Below, piece by piece: positions 11,402-23,289 of a DNA stretch of 58,757 bases. Below the pieces are notes generated by a model that was not told where the DNA came from, ran no database searches, and saw only the letters and a list, made by a program, of their open reading frames with translations. The position numbers were made by a program, and so were the translations under genes. The stretch is from assembly GCA_002269645.1 (NCBI GenBank), contig NIVC01004129.1:1-58757 (forward strand). Reading direction: 5' to 3'. Numbering within the stretch: position 1 is the stretch's first letter; each line of letters opens with the position of its first letter. Origin of the DNA: Macrostomum lignano. Its lineage: Eukaryota.

Positions 11402-12721
11402 CTGGCCGAAGCAGCAGCTGATGAAAACCATTGAACAGGGACTGAACTAAAGGCTTTATCTGCTTGTTCTTCACCCGAGCATATTGCAGCTAAGATGTGT
11501 GATTACTGCAGTACTACCAATGTACACCGCATGTACACCGCATGTACACCGCATGTACACCGCATGTACACCGTACTCATTTACACATGCTTCATCAGAA
11601 ATTATAAGCTAAAAAATCTAATCTGTACAAATTCGATTTTTTGTGTATGAATTTATCTAAGTTTGTGCCAGAACATTTTAGACGTGACCTTAAATAAATA
11701 AATATTGTCCTGATTTTCCTGCGGACTTGAGACTGTTAGAAATTTTATCAATCAGAATATTATCAAATATTTTTGCTCAAGCTGCACGTTCAAAATACAT
11801 GTACGGATCTACTAAAGTTCAGGGTGTTCTCGATCACAGCAGGCCTTACAAGCAGAAGATAAGAAAACTTGAAACTTTAAGCTTTAATTGAGGCTTCAAA
11901 TAAACTGTAGTGCTTATTTGGTCTGTTTATTGCAGAGCTGTGCCTCACACTTCTGACTACAAGTAGAAGACAATTGTAAACAGCCGTCAGGATATATTTT
12001 AACATCCGGCTCTTCAAAGCGCTTATTTTTGGCGCACTCTGTGCTTCAAAATAGAATCTAATCTACCTTTTCAGGTGCTCATATCAATGGTCTATTATCA
12101 ACCGTCAGCATGTCTCAGCAGGTATTCGAACATTGTACAATGGGCAAGAAAATCTTTTTTTAGACCTGACTCAAGTAACGACAGGGCTGCACACAGACAA
12201 GTAGTCCATAGTTGGCTCTTTTAAAACGATAGAAAAGTTCGCTAGAGTATCTTTTAGGGTTTTTTTCATTAGATTAGCGGATGAGCTGTGCGAGTTACTC
12301 AGGCACTGGCTGGCATTGGGCATGCACTATCAGTAACTGGCAGGCTCCGGGATGCTAAGGACTGCTCAGCTCAAGTAGGTAGGTTAAAAACCATGAGGAT
12401 TCTTGATGACTAATGAGATAATAGCATTTTTAATGAGATACTTTATGTAGAAGGATGCTTCTCAATGAGATATGAGGATTCTGGATGTGATATATGAGCA
12501 TTCTCAATGAGATATATGAGCATTCTCAATGAGATATATGAGCATTCTCAATGAGATATATGAGCATTCTCAATGAGATATATGAGCATTCTCAATGAGA
12601 TATATGAGCATTCTCAATGAGATATATGAGCATTCTCAATGAGATATATGAGCATTCTCAATGAGATATATGAGTATTCTCAATGAGATATATGAGCATT
12701 CTCAATGAGATATATGAGCAT

Positions 12722-12917
12722 TGTGGCGGCCAGACTGGTGCCCGCCTGTGCACAGGCCCCTGTGCGCCTGGCTGCTGGGGAGTTTTGCCCAGCCAGCCAG
12801 TTCGCTCTGACTCACACCTCCCTATTCTCTCAAGTATAAAGACTATGCTTAAACAAATATACACAAGATCTTTTGCTCGCTTGCTGCTTTTCAAGCTTCC
12901 ACTCGCAAGCCGCTTCA
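12722..12917 (+). repeat. 5' LTR (196 bp)
   Basis: Matches the 3' LTR except for 2 substitutions and a 17-bp gap. Confidence 0.95.
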
Positions 12918-12947
12918 TTGGTGAGCCCTACGCAGCCATTTCGTGCA

Positions 12948-13517
12948 ATGGCCCAACAAACCGACTCTGCTGTGTCCCTGAAGCTGCCCACGTTTTGGGC
13001 GGCCCAGCCTCGAGCCTGGTTCATCCAGGCCGAAGCTCAGTTTACCCTGAGAGGCATCACTCAGGACGAGACCAAGTACGCCCATCTGGTCGCAGCTCTT
13101 GACCAGCAGACAGCAGAGCGCCTGCTCGATGTGCTCGAGGCTTCTCCGGAGGCGAAAAAGTACGCGTACGCTCAGCTAAAGGAGCGCCTCAACAGCACTT
13201 TCGATTTGACTCCTCAGCAGCGACGCCATGACAACCGTCAGTTTCGCGGACCCCGGGCAGCAGCGCAGGAAGCAGACAAGCTCTGGGCCAGCCGGCCGCA
13301 GCTGGTGGCGGCCTCCGTCCAGCAGCCGGCGGCAGACCCAGCCCAGCAAGCCCAGCCGGCAGTCTTTGCGGCCAGGAAAGGCGCCAGACAGAGACGGCCC
13401 CAGCAGCACCGCCCGGACGACGGCCTGTGTTTCTTTCACCGTCGTTTCGGTGCGAAAGCCCGCCGCTGTGAACTCCCGTGCAGCTTCCAGAGAAACGGGC
13501 AGGCCGGCCGTCAGTGA
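12948..13517 (+). pseudogene. gag: Gypsy gag, internally deleted
   Basis: MAQQTDSAVSLKLPTFW...WFIQAEAQF N-terminus and CFFHRRFGAKARRCELPC Zn-binding C-terminus are present. The middle helical region appears missing near 13227, with a frame switch near 13251-13255. Confidence 0.85.
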
Positions 13518-13519
13518 AC

Positions 13520-16500
13520 AGCTCGACGGCCGGCAACACCAGCAGCCTGCTCCTCATCCCGGATGTGCCGAGGCGCCGAGGTCAGCATTTTCCCCGTCGC
13601 CGGTTCCGACGCCCGCCTGCACTCGCCAGGCCTGCCGCTTTTCGCAGCCAACGGCAGCCTCATCCGAACCTTCGGCACCCGCCAGCTCACGTTGGACCTC
13701 GGCATCCGGCGCTGCTCCTGGCCGTTCCTTCTGGCCGAGGTCTCCCGCCCGCTGATCCGCGCCGACTTTCTGCGGCACCACGGCCTGCTGGTGGACCTGC
13801 CGCACCGGCGCCTCCTGGACGCCCGCTCGCTCGCCAGCGTGCACCTGCTGGACGGCGCGGGGCCCGGACTGCAACTCGCCGCAGCCGCCACCGCGGACCC
13901 GTACAGCCAGCTGCTGGCCGAGTTCCCCGCCCTCACCGAGCCCAGTTTCCAGCGGGCTGCGCCACGGCACGGGGTGGAGCACCACATCCCGACGCAGGGC
14001 CCGCCGGTCCATGCCCGCCCTCGCCGCCTGCCGCCGGACAAGCTGGCGGTGGCCAAGGAGGAGTTTCGGCTCCTGGAGCAACTCGGCATCGTTCGCCGGT
14101 CCAACAGCCCTTGGTCCTCGCCGTTGCATATGGTCCCAAAAGCCTCCGGTGGCTGGCGGCCCTGCGGCGATTTCAGGCGGCTCAACGACGCCACGGTGCC
14201 CGACCGCTACCCGGTGCCGCACATCCAGGACTTCTCAGTGCGCCTAGCCGGCTGCTCGGTTTTCTCCAAGATCGACTTGGTTCGTGGCTACCACCAGGTG
14301 CCCGTGGCTGCAGCCGACGTGCCCAAGACCGCCGTCACCACCCCGTTCGGCCTCTTCGAGTTCCTGCGAATGCCATTCGGTCTCAAGAACGCCGCCCAGG
14401 CCTTCCAGCGGTTGGTGGACTCCGTCTGCCAAGACCTGGACTTTGTCTTCGCCTACATCGACGACTTCCTGGTCGCTAGCCACAGCCCACAAGAGCACCT
14501 GGAGCACCTGCGGACGCTTTTCCAGCGCCTGGCGGACAACGGTCTGATCATCAATCCGGCCAAGTGCGAGTTCGGCTGCAGCGAGATCGACTTCCTCGGC
14601 CACCGGATCAGCGCCCAGGGAGCCGTGCCGCTGCCCGCCAAAGTCGACGCCATCGCCAGATTCGCACCGCCAGCCACCGTCAAGGGCCTGCAGGAGTTCG
14701 CCGGCATGGTGAATTTCTACCACCGCTTCGTGCCGCGCGCCGCCCAGCTGCTGCGCCCCATCCATGCGGCCATGGCCGGCAAAGAGAAGTTCGTCCGGTG
14801 GACGCCCGAGCTGACCGCCGCTTTCGATGGAGCGAAGCGGGCGCTGGCCTCCGCCGCCATGCTGGCGCACCCGCGGCCAGACGCGCCCATCGCCCTCACC
14901 GTCTACGCCTCCGATACAGCGGTCGGGGCAGCGCTCGAGCAGCGGGTTGGCAGCGCCTGGCAGCCGCTCGCCTTCTTCAGCCGGCAGCTGCGCTCGCCCG
15001 AGCAGAAGTACAGCGCGTTCGACCGCGAGCTGCTCGCCCTGTACCTGGCGGTCCGGCACTTCCGCTATTTCCTGGAGGGCCGCGCATTCACCGCTTTCAC
15101 GGACCACAAGCCGCTGGTCGCCGCCATGTCCAAGATGTCCGACCCGTGGTCCGCCCGACAGCAGCGCCACCTGGCCTACCTGTCAGAGTTCACCACGGAC
15201 ATCCAGCACGTGGCGGGCAAGGACAACTCGGTCGCAGACGCTCTGTCCCGCTGCACGGTCTCTTCCGTGCAGCCCCGGCTGCTTCCCGGCGTGGATTTCG
15301 CGTCCATGGCCCAGGCGCAGGCGGCCGATACGGCCAGTCAGGCGGACGCCAGCCTCCAACTTGAGCCGCTGCAGCTCAGCCCCGGTGTCGCCCTGCTCTG
15401 CGACATCTCCACAGGCCGGCCGCGCCCGTTGGTGCCGAATTTCAGACGCCCCGTCTTCGACGCCATCCACGGCCTCGCCCACCCGTCCGTCCGCAGCACG
15501 CGGCGCCTCGTGGCCGCCAAATTCGTGTGGGCCGGCATGAACAAGGACGTTAGCCGGTGGGCCCGGTCCTGTGTCGCCTGCCAGACGGCCAAGGTGCACC
15601 GGCACGTCGCCGCCCCGGTTGGCAATATCCGCGTCCCGGACCAGCGCTTCGCCCACGTGCACGTCGACCTGGTGGGGCCGCTGCCGCCTTCGCAAGGCTT
15701 CACGCACCTGCTGACCATCGTGGACCGTTTCACCCGGTGGCCGGAGGCGATCCCGATGACCGACACCTCCGCGGCCGCGTGCGCCTCCGCCTTCATCGCC
15801 CACTGGATCGCCAGGTTTGGAGTGCCAAGCGACATCACCTCGGACCGCGGCTCGCAGTTCACGTCGCTGCTGTGGTCCAACGTCTCACGGCTCCTCGGAA
15901 TGCAGCTCCACCGGACAACGGCTTTCCATCCGCAGGCGAACGGGCTGGTCGAGCGTTTACACCGGCAGCTGAAGTCCTCCCTCATGACGCGACTGGCCGG
16001 ACCAGCCTGGGTCAGCGAGCTGCCCTGGGTGCTGCTTGGCATCCGGACGGCCCCCAAGGAGGACCTGCCGGCATCGTCGGCCGAGCTGGTCTACGGAGCG
16101 CCCCTCTGCGTGCCTGGCGAGTGCCTGCCGGCGACCACGAACAGTTCCTCGCCCGGCTCCGCGGCGCCGTCCAGGCATTCCGGCCGACGCCGACGTCCCG
16201 TCACGGCAGCCGCCCCACAGCTTGGCCGGCCGCCCTCGACGCCTGCCAGTTCGTTTTCGTCCGGCGCGACGGCCACCGCCTTCCGCTGCAGCGACCTTAC
16301 GACGGCCCGTTCAAGGTCCTCGAGCGGGACGCCAAAGCTTTCCTGCTGGACCTGGGCACTCGACGCGACCGAGTGTCAGTGGAGAGACTGAAGCCAGCCG
16401 TCATCGACGCGGTCGACCCGTTCCCGACGCCGGCCCTGCGACCGAGAGACCGCCCACTGCGGCTACCCGCTGAGCCGCCCCCAGCGCACTCTGCCGCCGA

Positions 16501-16620
16501 CCCCGCCTCTTCAGCTGGCGACATTGCGCCGGCGGCCCAACGCACTGCTGCTTTCCCCAGCCGCCAACTGCCACCTCGCCGGTGCCGTCCGAGCCCGGCG
16601 GCCTTGGCCGAATAGCTCGG
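13520..16620 (+). pseudogene. pol: Gypsy pol (protease, RT, RNase H, integrase), disrupted
   Basis: RT motifs [20 protein letters not shown] and YIDD; integrase HHCC and D,D,E ([21 protein letters not shown]). Protease D-T-G is missing at about 13570, RNase H shows V-Y-A-S in place of D-A-S at 14904, and there is a frameshift at about 16130. Confidence 0.92.
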
Positions 16621-16638
16621 TGCTGGGGGGGGGAGCTC

Positions 16639-16851
16639 TGTGGCGGCCAGACTGGTGCACGGTTGAGAGCGGGGCCCGCCTGTGCACAGGCCCCTGTGCG
16701 CCTGCCTGCTGGGGAGTTTTGCCCAGCCAGCCAGTTCGCTCTGACTCACACCTCCCTATTCTCTCAAGTATAAAGACTATGCTTAAACAAATATACACAA
16801 GATCTTTTGCTCGCTTGCTGCTTTTCAAGCTTCCATTCGCAAGCCGCTTCA
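16639..16851 (+). repeat. 3' LTR (213 bp)
   Basis: Direct repeat of the 5' LTR with an extra acggttgagagcggggc. Confidence 0.95.
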
Positions 16852-17959
16852 GCATTCTCAATGAGATATATGAGCATTCTCAATGAGATATATGAGCATT
16901 CTCAATGAGATATATGAGCATTCTCAATGAGATATATGAGCATTCTCAATGAGATATATGAGCATTCTCAAGGAGATATATGAGCATTCTCAATGAGATA
17001 TATGAGGATTCTCAATGAGATATATGAGCATTCTCAATGAGATATATGAGCATTCTCAATGAGATATATGAGCATTCTCAATGAGATATATGAGCATTCT
17101 CAATGAGATACATGTAGACGATTCTCAATGACATAGGAGGACGACTCTCAATAAATTAACGAAGACTAAAAGCAACTTTGGCATTACAAGTGCAGTTAAA
17201 GTTAGTTAATTGATATCAAATAAACGTTAACTAATGTTGTTGGCGCCAGTAGTATATTTTATCTTAAACATGGCAATAAATTTGATTTACTAATCAATAA
17301 AAAATTAGTACATACGGTACTAATGTAAACAAAAAAATAAGTTGTACGTAATAAAGTATCAAAAATGCAAGAAAAAATCAGCGCAAAAAACGAAGTAACG
17401 CTTGCCGAAAGTTTCATAAAAACGCTACTCGCTACTGTTACTAGCTGTATTGAGAAAATTAAAAAATTAATTTGTGCAAAAAAGATAAATAACTCAAGTC
17501 AAGAAAATACAGTATAAACAATTTAAATGATCACACTTGCATGCAACTCAGCAGTAAACAGAAAAGCACCTAAAGTACACAAAAGCAACAAAAACTGAGA
17601 TTTGGAGTTTGAAAACATTTAGAACGATCGAACCAACGAGCAGACACGCTAATCAAGACACATTGAAGACGGGAGGAGCCTCTGTACAAATATAGAGACA
17701 ATTTTAATCAATTTTACTTGTATATTTAAACCAAAAATATCAGAGTAACTAGATGTGTCACTCGCAATTGAAGTTGTGAAAAATTAAAGCGTCTATTCTT
17801 TATTCAGTAGTTTGTCTGCGCATTGTCAGTAGAATTTAACGTGCTAGCTAAAATTTTATTTCCTTCCTCGGGGTTTGTGACTTTAGGGATTAAGGAGCAT
17901 ATGGGGTTAAGAATGAACAACAAGCATTTAACTTGATGTACACAAGTGAACGCAAGACG

Positions 17960-18675
17960 GGCGAAACTCAGCCTGGGGGGCAGGCCCAATCTAGCTCAGC
18001 CAATGAGAGAGCAGTAAGTAAGGAGAGAAATCAAGGTTAGACCGACGAAACTTAGCCTGGCGGGGGGCAGGTCAAATCTACGAGTAGCTCAACCAATGAG
18101 AGAGAGCAGTAAGGAGAGAGGTCAAAGTAGACGGACGAAACTCAGCCTGGGGGGGGGGCAGGCCCAATCTAGCTCAGCCAATTAGAGAGCAGTAAGGAGA
18201 GAAAAGTTAGACGGACGAAACTCAGCCTGGGGGCAGGCCCAATCTAGCTCAGCCAATGAGAGAGCAGTAAGGAGAGAAAAGTTAGACGGACGAAACTTAG
18301 CCTGGGGGGGCAGGCCCAATCTAGCTCAGCCAATTAGAGAGCAGTAAGGAGAGAAAAGTTAGACGGACGAAACTCAGCCTGGGGGCAGGCCCAATCTAGC
18401 TCAGCCAATGAGAGAGCAGTAAGGAGAGAAAAGTTAGACGGACGAAACTTAGCCTGGGGGGGCAGGCCCAATCTAGCTCAGCCAATTAGAGAGCAGTAAG
18501 GAGAGAAAAGTTAGACGGACGAAACTTAGCCTGGGGGGGCAGGCCCAATCTAGCTCAGCCAATGAGAGAGCAGTAAGGAGAGAAAAGTTAGACGGACGAA
18601 ACTCAGCCTGGGGGGGGGCAGGCCCAATCTAGCTCAGCCAATGAGAGAGCAGTAAGGAGAGATCATGGTCAAAGT
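17960..18675 (+). repeat. About 75-bp tandem repeat with two CCAAT motifs per unit
   Basis: Unit gacggacgaaactcagcctgggggcaggcccaatctagctcagccaatgagagagcagtaaggagagaaaagtta, about 9-10 copies. Confidence 0.93.
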
Positions 18676-19308
18676 TAGAGACAAGCGGGCAATAGGAAAG
18701 CCCAACTGTTAATCGGCCTTGCTGGGGGCACACGCAATGAATTTACTCGTAAGTGCAAATTCAAGTAGAGTGCAGATGCTAACATTGCTATTTTAGTGGG
18801 TCTGCTAGTAAAATTCCAGAAGCGATTGCTACTGAATTCAAAAGAGTAGGTGAGCGCATCTTTGCGAGTGACATATCCAGTTAATATACTAGCGAAAACT
18901 ACGAAGATAGCTTTTCTTTCAACACAAATAGCAATGGCGTTTCTATAGGACAGAGAAGAAAATGCTGAACTGTTCATACATTTTCAAGCTTTGCAAGTAT
19001 TAATATATGAATTAAAAAAAAACTACATTTATTTGGGGCTTGTGCACACGGAAATTGATCGGGGAGTTGTCGTGCGATTCATACCCATGAGGGCCAACCC
19101 CCAAGGCACAGAGAGTGTACATCGCGAATATTTACATTTTTAATCCACCACTGTATTCTTTCTAGCTCCTAGTCATCTCTTTTAGTTACAGAAAAGAGAC
19201 ACATACCGTTGTATTAAGCAGGGATCGCTGAGTTTGGAATCTTGGAAGCACATGTAAAGTACGCGGTGTCATGAATCAAGCAGCTGAGTGGCTCTTTGTG
19301 GCTCACCC

Positions 19309-20121
19309 TTAGGCCACGCCATCGCCCTCAGGCTTAGGCAGGGTGCTGTGATGTCGGTGCAGCCTCTTATTTCCTCGGCGTCGACTAACCGCCACCGGAG
19401 AAGCTGACTGCTGCTCGTCGCCGTCAACTTCGCCATCATCAGCAGAAGCAGCGTCATCATCATCAGCACTGCCCAGCAGCCCGGCGGCCTCCCCGCCAGT
19501 GTTCTCCACGCCGCCAGTCAACATCGTGGTGGCATCGGCAGCCGTCGTTGTCGCGTTAATTTCGTCGCCATCGTCATCGTCATTGTCGGCGTTGCCGTAT
19601 GGTTGTCGCCGACGACAACGACTTGACGAAGCCATGCGCCGGTGCTTGGCCAGGCTGGCAACCCGGCGACAGGCGATCATGAGCAGGAGGGCCAGGCCGA
19701 GAGCGCCGTTCAGCAGCCACACCAGCAGCAGCTGCGGCCGGTACAGAGAAGTCCTGTACACCTTGACCTCGGCCGTGGCGTTGGCGTCCGAGTCAGCCAG
19801 CAAGCACAGGTAAATGCCCGAATCGGACTCGGCCAGATTCCAGCCAATCAGGGTGCCGTTGGATGAGACAAAGTTCGAATTGTTGCAACTGTCGGGCAGG
19901 CGCCAGACCAGCTCGGACAGGGAGTGGCCGGCCGATTGCAGCGCCGCGGAGATGCGGCATTGAATGGTGAGGTTGGAACCGACCTGACGCGACTGCTGAA
20001 AGGGGATCGTCCTCAATGTTGGTTCCGGCTTGTCTGCATCGGCTGCCGATTGGCCAGTAGCATAGAGCAGCACTATGAGCAGTGGCTGGAGAACTAATTT
20101 GCTGATGAGACGGGCACTCAT
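19309..20121 (-). CDS. Type I membrane protein: signal peptide, single Ig domain, TM, acidic tail (270 aa)
   Basis: ATG at 20121. Ig motifs LTIQC, LVWRLP and DSGIYLC; TM LLLVWLLNGALGLALLLMIAC followed by basic RRVA..KHRR. Intronless CDS. Confidence 0.85.
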   Translation of the reverse strand: MSARLISKLVLQPLLIVLLYATGQSAADADKPEPTLRTIPFQQSRQVGSNLTIQCRISAALQSAGHSLSELVWRLPDSCNNSNFVSSNGTLIGWNLAESDSGIYLCLLADSDANATAEVKVYRTSLYRPQLLLVWLLNGALGLALLLMIACRRVASLAKHRRMASSSRCRRRQPYGNADNDDDDGDEINATTTAADATTMLTGGVENTGGEAAGLLGSADDDDAASADDGEVDGDEQQSASPVAVSRRRGNKRLHRHHSTLPKPEGDGVA

Positions 20122-20149
20122 TCGATAAGCATCTGCAGAATAGAGCAAT

Positions 20150-20848
20150 ATGTTTAGACGATATGTATCAAACGTAAAAATCTAGCCGATATGTATCGAA
20201 AGTAAGAATTTCGCCGATATGTATCGAAAGTAAGAACCTCGCCGAAATGTATCGAAAGTAAGAACCTCGTCGATATGTATTGAAAGTAAGAATCTAGCCG
20301 ATATGTTATCGAAAGTAAGAATCTAGCCGATATGTATCGAAAGTAAGAATCTAGCCGATATGTATCGAAAGTAAGAATCTAGCCGATATGTATCGAAAGT
20401 AAGAATCTCGCCAGAATGTATCGAAAGTAAGAATCTGGCCGATATGTTTCGAAAGTAAGAATCTAGCCGATATGTATCGAAAGTACCAATCCAGACCAAA
20501 GGTCGGCAAACTCCAGCCTGCGGGCCACATGCGCCTGCTCTATACTCGGCCCTCGGGTCCATTGAAACTTCACAATAGCAATCCGGCTCGCTTAGCGTTT
20601 GTGTCTCCCTCAGCTCTCTTTTCTTTTTTTTCTCCTTTCCTGCCTAATCTCTCCCATCTCTCCCCTCCTCTCCCACTTTCTCTCTCATCTCCCCTCTCAC
20701 TTCTCTCTTCTCTCTCTGGCCTGCAGTCATGCACTAGATTCTATATCCGGCCGAAGTTTGCCGAACCCTGATCTAGACGATATGTATCGAAAGTAACCAT
20801 TTAGACGATATGTATCGAAAGTAACCATTTAGCCGATATGTATCGAAA
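20150..20848 (+). repeat. About 28-bp minisatellite (gccgatatgtatcgaaagtaagaatcta)n, interrupted by a MITE
   Basis: Copies on both sides of 20497-20770; the unit contains the hairpin cgata-tg-tatcg. Confidence 0.92.
20497..20770. mobile_element. Non-autonomous hAT (Charlie-type) MITE, 274 bp
   Basis: Imperfect TIRs caaaggtcggcaaact / agtttgccgaaccctg; 8-bp TSD atccagac / atctagac; the first about 100 bp align with 34102-34210. Confidence 0.85.
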
Positions 20849-21444
20849 CAAACACTTAGCGGATGAAAGCGAATGACAATCTATATTAAAGTGTGGGAAA
20901 TTTCTGTTTAGCACTCGAAAAATTGTATGCACGCTGACACTAATTATGAAACCGAAATAAAAAATTAGGACTATTAATATCTGGTGCTAACATACGATAA
21001 AATTTGCGGTTTTATTCGTCTTAGCTCGTATCATCGTTGAAAGAAGCAGAAAACGCGTGTGTGGTTTCTGGTTAACAGAAAATTAAACTTGTGATCGATT
21101 ACTTATAGTACTACGAATTAAAATATTATAATCAAAATTTCAGTAAAAACAAATCTTTCTGATTGAAAAACTTTAATACAAAAATACAGTTAAGCTGCAA
21201 TAAAGTTTTAAGACAGCTTGTTAGGATTTTTTTACAAAAAATGTTCGAAGTTATAAATTTTGAGATTCAAAAATGCCAATTAAAGTGTTTAATACAAATA
21301 TCAGCTGATTTTCGAATCTCGTTAAAAGCTAAATATTTTCTTGAAACCATGGCAACATTTATGTACTTAATACAAAGACTCAATTACAACAGAAACGCAT
21401 TAAACTCTACAAAATGAAAATCTGTCTACGGATTCCTCTACGGG

Positions 21445-21521
21445 CGTCTGTCTGTCCGTCTGTCCGTCTGTCTACCTGTCTGCCTGTTTAGCGCATTGGT
21501 GTCTGTTTATCTGTCTTGTGC

Positions 21522-21560
<39 letters not shown>

Positions 21561-21577
21561 GTCTGTCTGTTTGTCTG

Positions 21578-21620
<43 letters not shown>

Positions 21621-21656
21621 ATGTCTGACTACTGTCTGTTTGTCTGTGTCTGTCTG

Positions 21657-21709
<53 letters not shown>

Positions 21710-21781
21710 GACTGTCTGTATGTCTGTCTGTCTGTCTGTCTGTCTGACTGTCTGTATGTCTGACTACTGTCTGTTTGTCTG

Positions 21782-21866
<85 letters not shown>

Positions 21867-21867
21867 T
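21445..21867 (+). repeat. (TCTG)n microsatellite
   Basis: Direct observation. Confidence 0.97.
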
Positions 21868-21945
21868 TCTAAAGCCAAAATGCAAATCAGGTCACCAACA
21901 CTGCCGCAGTCTCCAAGTCTAGATTAGATCAACAATCGCCCAGCA

Positions 21946-22437
21946 TCAGACAATAGCATTGGCTGCAGAGTGGCGAGTGAGGACCAGAGACAGAGTGCAC
22001 AGCACAGCCACAGCCACAGCCAGGCCGCCATCAATCGAGTAGATCACAGCTAGCATGGCGGCATAGCTGGGCATCTCGTACACCAGCACGTAGGCCGTAG
22101 CCGACAGTCCGCAGGCGGCCAGACTGCAATTATAATTGCCCGTATCCGACAGGCTGGCATTGGCGCACACCAGGCTGCCGTTTACAGACGAGATTCGACC
22201 GTTCAAACCGACTGGCGAGCCGCCCGGCGACAGCCACTGCAGCGAGCTGGCGGTGTAGTTTGCCGCGCAACCGGCTGACGGCAGGCTGCAGCTGACGGTG
22301 AACGGCCGGCCGACCTCAGCCGAGGTTTGCGCAGCCGACGGGGTCAGCGCTGGCGGCGCGGCGGCATCTTCGGCTGTCGCCAATGAGACGACGACGGTAA
22401 AGATGACGAGTAGATTGAGGAGAGTCTGGATAAGCAT
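21946..22437 (-). CDS. Type I membrane protein: signal peptide, single Ig domain, TM, very short tail (163 aa); paralog of 19309-20121
   Basis: ATG at 22437 (MLIQTLLNLLVIFTVVVSLATA). Ig motifs FTVSC, LQWLSP, SSVNGSL and DTGNYNC; TM MLAVIYSIDGGLAVAVAVLCTLSLVL. Confidence 0.85.
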   Translation of the reverse strand: MLIQTLLNLLVIFTVVVSLATAEDAAAPPALTPSAAQTSAEVGRPFTVSCSLPSAGCAANYTASSLQWLSPGGSPVGLNGRISSVNGSLVCANASLSDTGNYNCSLAACGLSATAYVLVYEMPSYAAMLAVIYSIDGGLAVAVAVLCTLSLVLTRHSAANAIV

Positions 22438-22509
22438 TTCCCGGCCTGGCTTTTGGAGTTGGGAGCGGCAGCTGAAGCTGGAATTTTGATTTTTGTGAAG
22501 GATCATTTT

Positions 22510-22855
22510 TAATGAGTGAATTATGAGATTTTAGACCTCAAAAATATGAGTGAATCATGAGATTCTAAACCTGAATAATAAGTGAATCATGAGATTTTAA
22601 ACCTGAATTATGAGTGAATCATGAGATTCTTAACGTGAATCGTGAGTGAATCATGAAATTCTAAGCCTAAATTATGAGTGAATCATCATGAGATTCTAAA
22701 CCTGAATCATGAGTGAATCATGAAATTCTAAGCCTAAATTATGAGTGAATCATCATGAGATTCTAAACCTGAATAATGAGTGAATCATCATGAAATTCTA
22801 AGCCTAAATTATGAGTGAATCATCATGAGATTCTAAACCTGAATCATGAGTGATT
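22510..22855 (+). repeat. About 31-34-bp minisatellite (atgagtgaatcatgagattctaaacctgaat)n
   Basis: About 10 variant copies just upstream of the Ig paralog 2 start. Confidence 0.9.
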
Positions 22856-23289
22856 GAGACTGACGCTAAAAAGAAACTTTCGAACGTTTAAATGACAAAT
22901 AAAATGAGTTTTCTATTTAAGCAAAAATACTAACAGTTGTCTGTTTCAGATTTTTTATTTTATTGAATAACCACGAGGAAACCTGCACTGCACTCCTGTA
23001 GGCAATTACTCTAACTGTAGAGATATTGCATTGGCCCTGTTGGCATTATAGGAAAGATAAACAGACGGCCGACTTCATAGCTTAAAAGTACATTTTCCTG
23101 CACATAAGCCTCGGCTTTAGCAAGAAGTATCTAGCAAACTAATTTCCTCAGTTGCACATTTTCATGAAATTTAAACTGTTTTATTCGAATACAATGAGAT
23201 AATACGAGCCAATTAGGTTCCAATTAGGAAGCAGTGGACAGAGGAAATTGAAGCAGCTGGAAGGTGAGATTAGGAACTTCGAAAAAGCA

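Larger units (their letters stand above)
12722..16851 (+). mobile_element. Ty3/Gypsy LTR retrotransposon, full-length but defective
   Basis: TG...CA LTRs at 12722-12917 and 16639-16851; 4-bp TSD GCAT (12718-12721, 16852-16855); PBS tggtgagccctacg after the 5' LTR; G-rich PPT at about 16625-16635; gag plus PR-RT-RNaseH-IN order. Confidence 0.97.
12470..17135 (+). repeat. 22-bp minisatellite (gagcattctcaatgagatatat)n, split by the Gypsy insertion
   Basis: About 11 copies at 12470-12721 and about 12 copies at 16852-17135, in register across the insertion. Confidence 0.95.

Noticed and set aside
13176-16749. Many overlapping alternative-frame and antisense ORFs
   Set aside because: By-products of the very high GC content of the Gypsy pol region; no independent motifs.
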